Under the pieces are notes generated by a model, which saw nothing but the letters and a program-made list of their open reading frames with translations, was not told where the DNA came from and did no database searches. A stretch of 64,000 nucleotides of DNA, taken from NCBI GenBank assembly GCA_051251915.1, contig JBPOGF010000016.1, positions 42,266 through 106,265 on the forward strand, read 5' to 3'. Within the stretch, counting starts at the first letter, position 1; the number at the start of each line of letters is the position of its first letter. Both the position numbers and the translations under genes were made by a program. Shown piece by piece: positions 18,824 through 27,968 of the stretch. The DNA is from Akkermansiaceae bacterium (GTDB lineage Bacteria > Verrucomicrobiota > Verrucomicrobiia > Verrucomicrobiales > Akkermansiaceae).

Positions 18824-19996
18824 TTAGGGGAGTCTGTCTATGAACCAGAGTATTCCGAAGGAGGTGATAGTGAGGGCTGTGATGGTTCTGAGTGATTTTT
18901 CTAGCTGTTTTGACTGAGTTTTTCTCACATAGATGAGTAGGCTGAAACATGCTATTACGAGAATGGCTTGAGCAATTTCTATTCCTAGGTTGGCCCATAT
19001 TAGCGGCTGGATCCAGTGGTCTGCGCTGAGGAACTGTAGGGTGCTGCCTAGGCTGCCTGCGAAACCAAGTCCGTGGATGAAGCCGAAAAGAGCGATGAGG
19101 GCGCAACGCCATTTTAGTGTGGTTTTGAAGAAAATGCTTTCGATGGCGATGAAGGCGATGCTTAGGGCGATGAGGGCTTCGATATAGGCGGAGATGTCAT
19201 ATGAATAGATGGGGAGTAGCTTGGAGATGACTAGCGCCATGCTGAGGGCGTGAGCGAGGGTGAAGACGAGGGATTGCCAGAGAAGTTGGCGGATGGTGTT
19301 AGCCATCAGGCATATGCCGATGATAAATAGGACGTGGTCTAGGCCGTCTGGGATGACGTGTCTGAATCCTAGGACGATCAATTGGAGGGTGGAGAAGCTG
19401 GTTTTTTCTGGGTGTGTTTCTTTTATTGGTGCTGTAGCTACATGGGAAGGTTTGGAGATGCTGTCTAGCTCTAGAAGCATGGTGGGCTTTACGGTTTCGA
19501 AGGTGATCTTGCCGGCGACATCATTTGCGATGACGAGATCTGGGAAGTTGCCGTCTTTTATTCTTAGTGATAATTTTGCTGGAGTTTCGCTGGTGATTTC
19601 TGGGGTGAGTTCAATGGTGTAGTAGGCGCCTTCGTTTAGTAGTTTGATGAAGGGGTAGGGTTTTTGTTTGAAGTCAGGGAAAGTGATTTTGTAATCTATC
19701 GGTTTGCCGTCGGATGCGAACTGGATGTAGCTGCGGAGGTAGAGGCTAGCTTCATGGATGAGTAGGAGGTGGTCGTCATCAGATTGCTCGTCAAGCCAGG
19801 TACGTTTGGGTTGTGGGGCTTGTGGGATGTCACGCACTTCTGGCATGGCGTAGGCGACATCGAAATTCACTACGACTACTCCACTTCCTTGTCGGTAGTC
19901 GGCATAGAATTGCTCTACTACGTGAGCTTGCGCATGAGCAATTAATAGAAAATAAGCCCAGAAAAATGAGCGAAGGAAAAACTTACCTCTAGGCAT
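18824..19996 (-). CDS. HupE/UreJ-family membrane protein with periplasmic N-terminal domain
   Basis: AQAH signal cleavage; GFRHV..GLDHVLF, FTLAH, FGFIHGLGFA, NLGIE. Confidence 0.85.
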   Translation of the reverse strand: MPRGKFFLRSFFWAYFLLIAHAQAHVVEQFYADYRQGSGVVVVNFDVAYAMPEVRDIPQAPQPKRTWLDEQSDDDHLLLIHEASLYLRSYIQFASDGKPIDYKITFPDFKQKPYPFIKLLNEGAYYTIELTPEITSETPAKLSLRIKDGNFPDLVIANDVAGKITFETVKPTMLLELDSISKPSHVATAPIKETHPEKTSFSTLQLIVLGFRHVIPDGLDHVLFIIGICLMANTIRQLLWQSLVFTLAHALSMALVISKLLPIYSYDISAYIEALIALSIAFIAIESIFFKTTLKWRCALIALFGFIHGLGFAGSLGSTLQFLSADHWIQPLIWANLGIEIAQAILVIACFSLLIYVRKTQSKQLEKSLRTITALTITSFGILWFIDRLP

Positions 19997-20017
19997 GGAT
20001 TTAATGGAAGGAGTGCT

Positions 20018-21700
20018 CTATTTGAATTCAATTTTGATGCCGCGCGTTCTCCAAGCTTTGGTGATGTCTTCTTCTAGTTCTTCAAATGTTCGGCCAGCGA
20101 GTAGGACCTTGAGTGCGTCTTCACCGAGTTTGCCGTCATTGAGTGCGGTGAGGAATAGGTTGATGTTCTTGCGGTCGCCATCGTCTTCCATGTGCATGAA
20201 GTAGTAGGTAATGAGAGCACCTAGTCCGTAGTTGAAATTTCCATTTAATGTGAACTCACCGTAGCTCATGAGCATGAATTTTTTGAGTTTAGGGGCTTTG
20301 AGTTCATCTCCGAGGTAGCGGCCTTGGCCGTCTTTTCTAGAGCCTTCTGTGACGTAGCTTCTGATGTCGTTGAGGTTGCCATTTACCATGAATTTTCCGG
20401 ATCGGTATGCTGTGGCGGCGATGTATTCAGCGAGTCCTTCTGAGAACCATCCTAGGGCACCGTGATTGAAATACTCGGTGTTGGTGAGTTGGTGGGTGAT
20501 TTCGTGGGGGAGGGTTTTGTTGCTGACTTTGTAGTCAAACATGTAGCGGCTGCCGACTTTCTTTACGCCTAGGCTAGAAAGAGGAACCATGATGAAGCCG
20601 GAGCTAGGCATGTAAACTCCTGCGGAGCCTGGAGGGCCTCCGTTTTTATAATAGGAGGATTCTGATTCAAAGAGTAGGATCTTAAATTTTACGGTGTCCT
20701 CTGGCATGTGTGCCTTTACCATGGAGAGGGGAATTTCTTGGCAGTATAGGCGGGTGGATTCGAAGAGGGTGGAGAAGTTCTTGATGATGTTTTTAGAAAT
20801 CTGGACATCGCTGATGAACTCGTAGTTGGGGCTTTGGTAGATGAAGACATTTTCTTCTTGGTTTTCTTTGATAATGGTAATTTCTGGAGCGTCAGATTTT
20901 ATGAGTTTTGGCCAGTCAGCATCAAAGTTTTCCTTCACGCTGTATTTTAGCTGTAGAGCGCGGGTTCCTCCAAGGCTGATGGATTCTCTCATTGATTTTT
21001 CTGACTCAACGTAGGGTCCCGAATCGACAACTGAGGTGGTGGGGTCTTCTGCTTGTGCTGGCTGAGAATCTGGTTTGGGCATTTCCTCAACCATTTTATT
21101 GCTCCCTGTTTTGTTTTCTAGGCCTAGTTGAGTTAGGCCATCTTTCGGCTCATGGAAGGTTAGGTCTACTTTTATAATATTCTTTTTGGAATATACTTTG
21201 AAGGTGACGACGTAATTATCTGAGACCCATGCTACGCTTGTGATATCTCTGCCGAATGAATTTTTTGTTTTTGGGAGTTGGATGCTTTTTGTTCGTAATT
21301 CTTTGTTGATCATTGTGCGCCATTTTACGATGTCCTTAATGATCTCTTCGTTGGTCATTTCTGTTGCCTGCTTTTCGGTGATGACTCTGTAGCAAAGTGC
21401 ACGGGTTAGTTTTGTGTCATTATTGAGTTTTAGGACAAGTTGTCTAACTGGTTGGCCCCAGAGTAGCATGTCCTTTCTCCAGCAGAGAAACTCGGCTGGT
21501 TGCTTTGATTTTTTCCAATTTAGATGAGAGCGAGTGGCTGCTATTTGCGGCTTAGTCATGCTCCAAACTTTGGAGTCTTCTATGAATACATCAACACTCC
21601 TATTGTGTGTAGGGGTGGTCTGTGCGGTAACATGTAAGCTTGTTAGCGATATAAATAACGACAGATATGCGAATGGGGCGAACGACAGGGCTTTAAGCAT
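20018..21700 (-). CDS. Secreted protein with C-terminal gluzincin-like (DUF1570-like) metallopeptidase domain
   Basis: Signal peptide; LPHEITHQ (HEXXH) followed by WFSEGLAEY. Confidence 0.65.
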   Translation of the reverse strand: MLKALSFAPFAYLSLFISLTSLHVTAQTTPTHNRSVDVFIEDSKVWSMTKPQIAATRSHLNWKKSKQPAEFLCWRKDMLLWGQPVRQLVLKLNNDTKLTRALCYRVITEKQATEMTNEEIIKDIVKWRTMINKELRTKSIQLPKTKNSFGRDITSVAWVSDNYVVTFKVYSKKNIIKVDLTFHEPKDGLTQLGLENKTGSNKMVEEMPKPDSQPAQAEDPTTSVVDSGPYVESEKSMRESISLGGTRALQLKYSVKENFDADWPKLIKSDAPEITIIKENQEENVFIYQSPNYEFISDVQISKNIIKNFSTLFESTRLYCQEIPLSMVKAHMPEDTVKFKILLFESESSYYKNGGPPGSAGVYMPSSGFIMVPLSSLGVKKVGSRYMFDYKVSNKTLPHEITHQLTNTEYFNHGALGWFSEGLAEYIAATAYRSGKFMVNGNLNDIRSYVTEGSRKDGQGRYLGDELKAPKLKKFMLMSYGEFTLNGNFNYGLGALITYYFMHMEDDGDRKNINLFLTALNDGKLGEDALKVLLAGRTFEELEEDITKAWRTRGIKIEFK

Positions 21701-21814
21701 CCCTATATCCTCTCTGGTTAGGCATGGTTGTCCAGAAAAAAAGCCGCTTAAGGGGAGGGGTGTTTACATGGACTTATGTATTGAATTTATAGTCTATGCG
21801 TATTTGTAATATTC

Positions 21815-22033
21815 TTATGGTGAGGGGTGTATGAGTTTGTGTGACTCGGGTTCTAGGTGTGGTGTTGCTAGTTCTGCGAATTCTCTGGTGGTGACATCTT
21901 TGTCAACTTCGTCGCAGACTGTGGTTAGACCCATTTCCAAAAGTCTGTTCGCCTATCTTAGGATAAGAATTTAACCGAACGAACTTTTGGAAAAGGGTCT
22001 ATGCTGACGCCTTGAATTTAGCTGGGGATGATG
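21815..22033 (-). pseudogene. Degenerate duplicate of the lipB 3' end, interrupted by a MITE
   Basis: 21823..21925 aligns ungapped with 22636..22738 (91/103 identical by hand count). It encodes TTVCDEVDKDVTTREFAELATPHLEPESHKLIHPSP* versus LipB TTVCDEIDKNVTTREFAESVTPHLESELKKLTHP*. Similarity resumes at 22000..22033. Confidence 0.85.
21928..21999. mobile_element. 72-bp miniature inverted-repeat element (MITE) with TA target-site duplication
   Basis: 24-bp terminal inverted repeats 21928..21951 and 21976..21999 (21/24 match); TA at 21926-27 and 22000-01. Removing the element plus one TA restores collinearity with lipB. Confidence 0.8.
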
Positions 22034-22068
22034 GTGATGGTGAAGGTGTGTATGGTGACACTGCTATT

Positions 22069-22494
22069 TTATTCGTTTACTTTAACTTTGGTCGGGTTTG
22101 CTAGCTTATCTTTGATGACTGGATAGAGGTCGTAGGTGGGATAGAATTCTGTTTTGAATGCTTTCCAAGCAGTTTTCTCTATCGCTAAATTGACATCACG
22201 TAGTTTAGAGGCGGGAATCTCTAATGTGATCACTTGACCGATTCCCATCACTACATGCCAGGTGACAATTTTTGTCCCTTTCGGAGGAAACGCTTCCCAG
22301 AAACCTTGAGCATCTAAAACCTCACGGATTTCATCAAGGCTCTTGGTTTGATCATGACGTAGGATCACGGTGATCATCATCTTATCCGAAGGTTGAGCTG
22401 CTTGAGGGGGAGTCTTATTTTCTTCTGCTGACAGGCTGGAGGTTAATGCTAAAGTTAATATAGAAAATAGTGTGGAGCGTAGTATTTTAGTCAT
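22069..22494 (-). CDS. Secreted hypothetical protein (possibly dimeric alpha+beta barrel fold)
   Basis: Signal peptide; core LRHDQTKSLDEI...FWEAFPP.G...WHVVMGIGQV...TEFYPTYD. The fold assignment is inference. Confidence 0.7.
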   Translation of the reverse strand: MTKILRSTLFSILTLALTSSLSAEENKTPPQAAQPSDKMMITVILRHDQTKSLDEIREVLDAQGFWEAFPPKGTKIVTWHVVMGIGQVITLEIPASKLRDVNLAIEKTAWKAFKTEFYPTYDLYPVIKDKLANPTKVKVNE

Positions 22495-22633
22495 CACTAA
22501 TTCTAATCCTTACCTCTATGTCTGCAAGTAATAATAAGTATTAGCATGTCAGAGTTTCCAAAATGGCCTTAAGCTAGAATTTATGGGATAGATTACGAGG
22601 TAGGGTAGAGGTTTCTAACTAAGGTTTTTATCG

Positions 22634-23272
22634 TTAGGGGTGTGTGAGTTTTTTTAGCTCGGATTCTAGGTGTGGTGTTACGGATTCTGCGAATTCTCTG
22701 GTGGTGACATTTTTGTCAATTTCGTCGCAGACTGTGGTCATGCTGACTCCTTGGATTCCGCAGGGGGTGATGTGGTTGAAGCCGGTGAGGGATTCGCGGG
22801 TGATGTTGATGGCGAAGCCGTGCATGGAGATCCATTTTCTGACTCCTACTCCGATGGAGGCTAGTTTTTTCTCTCCAACCCAGACTCCTGTGAGGTTTTC
22901 CTTGGTGGTGGCGTTTACTCCGTAGTCTTGGCAGGTGAGGACGAGGGCGCGCTCGATGGAGTGGATGAAGGTGTGGAGGTCTTTTCCTAGGTTTTTGAGG
23001 TCGATGATGGTGTAGCCGACGAGTTGGCCGGGGCCGTGGTAGGTTGCTTGACCTCCGCGGTTGATTTCGAGTTGTGGGTGTGGGAGCTGGGTGGGGTCTA
23101 GGAGTGAGCTTTTGTCCTTGGTTCTGCCGATGGTGTAGATGGGGGCGTGCTCTAGGGTGAAGAATGTGTCTGGAGATTCGTTGTTGAGAACTTCGAGGAG
23201 TTTGGCTTCTTGGATAGCGAGTGCGTCTTGGTAGCTGATGTGGTCGCCGAGCCATTCTGTAGTGAGGTTCAT
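22634..23272 (-). CDS. lipB: Lipoyl(octanoyl) transferase
   Basis: LEHAPIYTIG, NRGGQATYHGPGQLVGY, KLASIG, HGFAIN, ITPCGI; ATG 23272 preferred. Confidence 0.95.
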   Translation of the reverse strand: MNLTTEWLGDHISYQDALAIQEAKLLEVLNNESPDTFFTLEHAPIYTIGRTKDKSSLLDPTQLPHPQLEINRGGQATYHGPGQLVGYTIIDLKNLGKDLHTFIHSIERALVLTCQDYGVNATTKENLTGVWVGEKKLASIGVGVRKWISMHGFAINITRESLTGFNHITPCGIQGVSMTTVCDEIDKNVTTREFAESVTPHLESELKKLTHP

Positions 23273-23484
23273 GAGGGGAGGCTGGAATTTGTTAGTTAAA
23301 TTTGCAACCTGTAAATATGGAATGAAGTGTGTTTTTCTTGGGCTAGCGGTCATTTAATGGGGTTATGATAGGTTATGTATCTATAGCTGTGGAATGAAGT
23401 GTATTTATACTTTACGGATGGGTGTTAGAAGTTATCTTCGGCTTTGTTGGTGTGCTTTTTGGAGGTTTACCATCGTGTTTATTA

Positions 23485-24234
23485 ATGCCTAGGAATGAAA
23501 TAGAGATTTTGGATACCCGTCAGAGTGTGGAGCTTGGTGAGGGGGTGGAGATTCATCTACGGATAGCGGGGCCATTTCCGCGTGCATTGGCATTGTTATT
23601 AGATATGTTGATAGTTGGTGCTATCATGTTGGTTTTGGGTTTTATTTTAACGGTTGTGACTTCTGGGATGTGGATGGTGGGGCAGGGTATTTTCTTGATA
23701 GTGGGGTTCTTTTTGTCTTGGGGATATTTTGCCTATTTTGAGGCAGGCAAGCGAGGGGCGACGATAGGGAAGCGGACGTTAGGCTTGCGGGTGATAGATC
23801 GCTCGGGAAAGAATATTACGAAGGGGCAGGCGTTTGTTAGAAATATATTACGGTTGGTGGATATGCTGCCGGGGATGCCTAGTACGGCGGCGGGTGTGAT
23901 GATTGGGAGTTTTGGGTTGGGGTTTTTCTGTTGTTTGTTTACGAAGAAGTTTCAGCGTGTGGGGGATTTGGTGGCGAATACGTTGGTGGTGTATACTCAG
24001 CCTGAGTTGTTGATGACTGGGCAGGAGCCTAGTGTGGAGTCAAGTGCTCCTACGGTGGCATTAGCAAGGGAGGAGCAGGTGGCGCTGGTGGATTATTATA
24101 ATAGGGCTAGTATGTGGAGTGAGGCGCGTAGGATAGAGTTATCTGATCATGCTTCTGGGTTGACTCAGAAGGATGGGATGGCTGGAATGATAAGGCTTCT
24201 GGGGATGGCGAAGTGGATCAAAGAGAAGAAATAA
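23485..24234 (+). CDS. RDD-family membrane protein
   Basis: AGPFPRALALLLD, TIGKRTLGLRV, QRVGDLVANT. Confidence 0.9.
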   Translation: MPRNEIEILDTRQSVELGEGVEIHLRIAGPFPRALALLLDMLIVGAIMLVLGFILTVVTSGMWMVGQGIFLIVGFFLSWGYFAYFEAGKRGATIGKRTLGLRVIDRSGKNITKGQAFVRNILRLVDMLPGMPSTAAGVMIGSFGLGFFCCLFTKKFQRVGDLVANTLVVYTQPELLMTGQEPSVESSAPTVALAREEQVALVDYYNRASMWSEARRIELSDHASGLTQKDGMAGMIRLLGMAKWIKEKK

Positions 24235-24238
24235 GGGG

Positions 24239-25222
24239 ATGAAAGAACAAGACTTCGAAGCGAAAAATCTACCTGAATGGCGCAAGTTTGATGCGACTAT
24301 GGAGGTGCTTGAGAAGGGTGATGTGGAGGCTGTGGATATGTCTAAAGTGCCGGCTCAGGTGAGGGCTAGGTGTTTGGATTTATCGTTGGCTAGGTATCGG
24401 TTGTATGGTTCACGGATGTGTGAGTATCTGAATCATCAGGTTACTCGCGGGCATAATTTGGTGGCGAAGACTGAAGGTGGAGTGAGGGAGAAGATGGTGC
24501 ATTTCTTTGTGGCTGGATTCCCGCAGGCGATGCGCCGGGAGTGGAGGTTGTTGTTGGTGTGCTGGTTGTTTTTCTTGGTGCCATTTTTTGGGATCTGGGC
24601 GAGTTATAATCATGATCCTGAGTGGGTGCATAGTCTGCTGGGTGAGGGGCAACGGAGTAATATGGATGAGTGGTATGGGAAAGGTAGCACTGGAACGATG
24701 CGGGATGAATTTGGGTCTAATTTTGCGATGTTCGGGCATTACATTAATAATAATATTGGGATTGATTTGTTGATTATTGCGGGTGGTGCTTTGGCTGGAG
24801 TGGGGAGTTTATTTTTGGTGTTGTCTAATGGTTTACAGATGGGGGCTGCGATGGCTTATGTGATGAATGAGGGGTCGCCGGAGCGGTTGTTGTCATTTGT
24901 GTCGGGGCATGCTCCTTATGAGTTGTTAGGGATGATTGTGGCTGGGATGGCTGGGATGCGGATCGGGTTGGCGTTGATTAAGCCAGGGCAGTTGTCAAGG
25001 GGGAGGGCGCTGATGGAGAGTGGGACGCAGGGGTTGCCGTTAATTATCGGGGCTTGTGTGCTGACTTTTGTTGCGGCGATTATTGAGGGGTTTTGGTCAG
25101 CGGAGCAGAATCCGGTGGAGTTGAAGTATTGGGTTGGTTATATTGGGTGGTTTTTGTTGGCAGTGTATTTTATTTTTGCGGGAAGGAACACTCAATCGAG
25201 GAGGTTTGGGGCTGAGTCATGA
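24239..25222 (+). CDS. Stage II sporulation protein M (DUF95)-family membrane protein
   Basis: YINNNIG, SNGLQMG, GHAPYEL and AAIIEGFWS motifs; MoxR operon context. Confidence 0.88.
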   Translation: MKEQDFEAKNLPEWRKFDATMEVLEKGDVEAVDMSKVPAQVRARCLDLSLARYRLYGSRMCEYLNHQVTRGHNLVAKTEGGVREKMVHFFVAGFPQAMRREWRLLLVCWLFFLVPFFGIWASYNHDPEWVHSLLGEGQRSNMDEWYGKGSTGTMRDEFGSNFAMFGHYINNNIGIDLLIIAGGALAGVGSLFLVLSNGLQMGAAMAYVMNEGSPERLLSFVSGHAPYELLGMIVAGMAGMRIGLALIKPGQLSRGRALMESGTQGLPLIIGACVLTFVAAIIEGFWSAEQNPVELKYWVGYIGWFLLAVYFIFAGRNTQSRRFGAES

Positions 25223-26736
25223 GGTTAGAAAATGTGACAGCGAAGATCCGGCCTAGAGCGCGGTGGGAGAGCATCGACTTAGGTTGTGTGATGGCTAGGC
25301 GGAGCTATGGGACGATTTTGTTGGCATGGCTGGTTTGTGTCTGGCCGTTGTGGATAGTGGGAGTGCTTGGGTTTGGTTTGATTTCTGAGGGTGGTTGGCA
25401 TGTGTTTTGGTCTTCGTTTTGGATTTGGCTGACTTTGGGAATTGCGGGGAGGTTGCCGTTGCACATTATGAGCCGTGAGCTATTTGGTGAGAAGGTGACG
25501 GCGTGGGGGGTGATCAAGCTTTGGCCGAAGATGTTGTTTACGAATATTTGGCGCGGGATAATAAGTCGATTTACTGTTAGTAGGGGGTTGTCGATGCCGG
25601 TGTCTCAGCTGGAAGGGCTGAAGGGATCTGCTTATAAGGCGAGGGTGAATTTGCTGTTGAGGAATGGTGGTGATGGAGCGACTCAGGCGGTGATGGTGTG
25701 TAACTTGATGTTGTTGGTTACGACGTTTGCTTGCTGGTTTTTTATCATGATGGTGTATCAGCTGTATGGGGAGAATGATTTGTTTGATAGGTTGTTTGAG
25801 GATTTATATATCCATGGCGATGATCATTCTACTAGTTGGTTGTTTTTGTTGTTTTATGGCATTTCGGTGACTTTGATTGAGCCGTTATTTGTGGGGGCTG
25901 GGTTTGCGATGTATGTGAATAGTCGGACTTTGACTGAGGGGTGGGACATTGAGTTATCGTTTAAGAGGTTGTCTGAGAGGATACGCGGGACTTTCAGGCA
26001 AAAGGGTGGGCAATTGTTGTTGGCATTCTGTGGGTTGTCGTTATTTATGATGTCTGATGCTTCTGCTGAGACAGCTAAGGAGCGTGCTGAGAGGATCACG
26101 AGTGCGGAGGAATATACGGTTCATGAGCGACAGACGAAACGCTATGATAGTTCCTCTAGCAGTAGTAGTTCCTCTGGTTCTAGCTCTAGTTCTAGTGGCT
26201 CAGGTTCGTCCTCGTCATCGGCTGCTGGTAATCCGACGGCGGTTTTCGAGGGGATATTCTTGCTGTTGTTTTGGGCGATTGTGATTGTGGTGGTTGGGTT
26301 GGTGATCTGGGTGATTATAAAGAATAGACATGCATTGAATAAGACTAACAGTTTGGATGAGGTTGATGATTTGCCAGTGGTGACTTCTGTGATGGGGATG
26401 GATGTGACGCCGGAGAGTTTGCCGAAGGCGCTGACTGATGAGGCTAGAGAAGCGTGGTTACGTGGGGATCAGCAGTTAGCGATGAGCTTGCTTTATCGTG
26501 GTGCAATTTCATGGATGGTGAATACGGGGCGGGTGCCTATAGTGGAGAGTGATACTGAGGATGACTGTGTGAGAAGAGTGATAGAGAAGCAGATAGCGGA
26601 GGATAGAGGTAAGTTTTTCACGAATCTAACAGAGTCTTGGGTAAAGCTGGCTTATGGTAAAAGCTTACCTCTGGAGTCAGAGGTGATGGCGATGTGTGAT
26701 AGGTGGCCATTTGATGTGGAAGGAGGCAAGCGATGA
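25219..26736 (+). CDS. DUF4129-domain membrane protein
   Basis: ESIDLG, YVNSRT..EGWDIE; C-terminal AMSLLYRG...SDTEDDC...W.KLAYG; poly-Ser linker. Confidence 0.8.
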   Translation: MRLENVTAKIRPRARWESIDLGCVMARRSYGTILLAWLVCVWPLWIVGVLGFGLISEGGWHVFWSSFWIWLTLGIAGRLPLHIMSRELFGEKVTAWGVIKLWPKMLFTNIWRGIISRFTVSRGLSMPVSQLEGLKGSAYKARVNLLLRNGGDGATQAVMVCNLMLLVTTFACWFFIMMVYQLYGENDLFDRLFEDLYIHGDDHSTSWLFLLFYGISVTLIEPLFVGAGFAMYVNSRTLTEGWDIELSFKRLSERIRGTFRQKGGQLLLAFCGLSLFMMSDASAETAKERAERITSAEEYTVHERQTKRYDSSSSSSSSSGSSSSSSGSGSSSSSAAGNPTAVFEGIFLLLFWAIVIVVVGLVIWVIIKNRHALNKTNSLDEVDDLPVVTSVMGMDVTPESLPKALTDEAREAWLRGDQQLAMSLLYRGAISWMVNTGRVPIVESDTEDDCVRRVIEKQIAEDRGKFFTNLTESWVKLAYGKSLPLESEVMAMCDRWPFDVEGGKR

Positions 26737-27968
26737 TGCGGTATGCGGTAATGATCATTTTGGCTTGGCTGGTGTCAGGTTGTGGGAAGAGGACGTATAC
26801 GACTGTGGATCATAATGATGGCTATAAGGGTGTGGCGAAACTGAACCCGTATCTTGCGGCGCAGACTTTATTGAAAGAAACTCATGAGCCGAATTATCAG
26901 GTGATGGTGAGAAATGGTTTCGTGAAATACGACTATGAAACTGGTATGGTGATCTCGCCTGCTAGCACGATCAGTTCAGAGTTCATGGTGGATAAGATGC
27001 TGCGGTGGGTTAGGAATGGTGGTGTGTATGTATGCCTGCTGGAGCGTGGAGAAAAACGCTGGGTTGATGTTGGTGAGGATTGTGATCACCGGTCAAGTGA
27101 TTGGACTTGGGATTGGAGTTTTGATGAAGAGGATGAGCAGGCTTTGGAGTATTTGTTAGAGCAGATGAACATTGAGATGGTGGATGATCCGTCTGGTAAG
27201 ACTACTGGAGGGAGAAGCTATCATGGTGATCCTAAGGACCCGGTGGCACTGGGTGAGGAGTTGCCTTTGGTGGAGGATGTGAAGGTGAAGATGTATCAAG
27301 GTGGTGAGAGCTTGGACTTGCAGGTAGGTGGGACGAAGGTGATGAAATATAATCGACCTTTGACTTATGCAGATCGCTATCAGGAGGGTGAATACCATCG
27401 CTTCTTGGGGCTGAGTCATGGTGAGGGGAGAATTTATTTTGTGACTGATGGGCGTCTGTTTAGAAATCCGTATTTGCCGATGAGTGATCATGCTGAGTTG
27501 TTAGAGACGATGAGCGATGAGGTGTATGGGGATATTGTTTTTGCTTACGGGAACCGCCGTGGTTTCTGGTCGTTGATGATAAATTATGCGGGGCCGGCGT
27601 TGTTGGGAGTTTTTGTTTTGTTGGTATTTTGGCTGTGGAAGAGTATTCCGAGGTTTGGTCCGTTGTTAGAGATCCCTGAGGGGCATGCGCGTGACTATGC
27701 TCAGTCGGTATCAAATACGGGGAGATTTCTCTGGAAATACAAGAGTGGAGGTGTGCTGCTGAAGTCGATGAGAGAGAATTTACTGCGGAGTAGTGGGATG
27801 TTTAATGCTGAGGGGCAGGCGGAAGAATCATTGATCGAGACCTTTGCTGAGAAGAGCGGGCTTGAGGTGGAAGAGGTCATCGAGGCGTTGACCAGAGAAC
27901 AAGTTAACGAGGCTGGCGATATGGTCAGGATCACTAGAAATTTACAAACCATACTGAAATCATTATGA
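26733..27968 (+). CDS. DUF4350-domain lipoprotein/membrane protein
   Basis: Lipobox LVSGC, NPYLAAQ, GEGRIYFVTD...N, TM helix followed by PRFGP; operon context. Confidence 0.75.
   Translation: MMRYAVMIILAWLVSGCGKRTYTTVDHNDGYKGVAKLNPYLAAQTLLKETHEPNYQVMVRNGFVKYDYETGMVISPASTISSEFMVDKMLRWVRNGGVYVCLLERGEKRWVDVGEDCDHRSSDWTWDWSFDEEDEQALEYLLEQMNIEMVDDPSGKTTGGRSYHGDPKDPVALGEELPLVEDVKVKMYQGGESLDLQVGGTKVMKYNRPLTYADRYQEGEYHRFLGLSHGEGRIYFVTDGRLFRNPYLPMSDHAELLETMSDEVYGDIVFAYGNRRGFWSLMINYAGPALLGVFVLLVFWLWKSIPRFGPLLEIPEGHARDYAQSVSNTGRFLWKYKSGGVLLKSMRENLLRSSGMFNAEGQAEESLIETFAEKSGLEVEEVIEALTREQVNEAGDMVRITRNLQTILKSL

Noticed and set aside
21815..22772. Diversity-generating retroelement TR/VR pair
   Set aside because: No reverse transcriptase; mismatches are not confined to adenines; the target is housekeeping lipB.
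22716..23255. His/Pro/Arg-rich 179-aa alternative-frame ORF in lipB, and many similar shadow ORFs (e.g. 62740..63357, 38020..38523, 32750..33259)
   Set aside because: By-products of the strand-skewed codon usage that depletes stop codons; they overlap well-supported genes and show no motifs.
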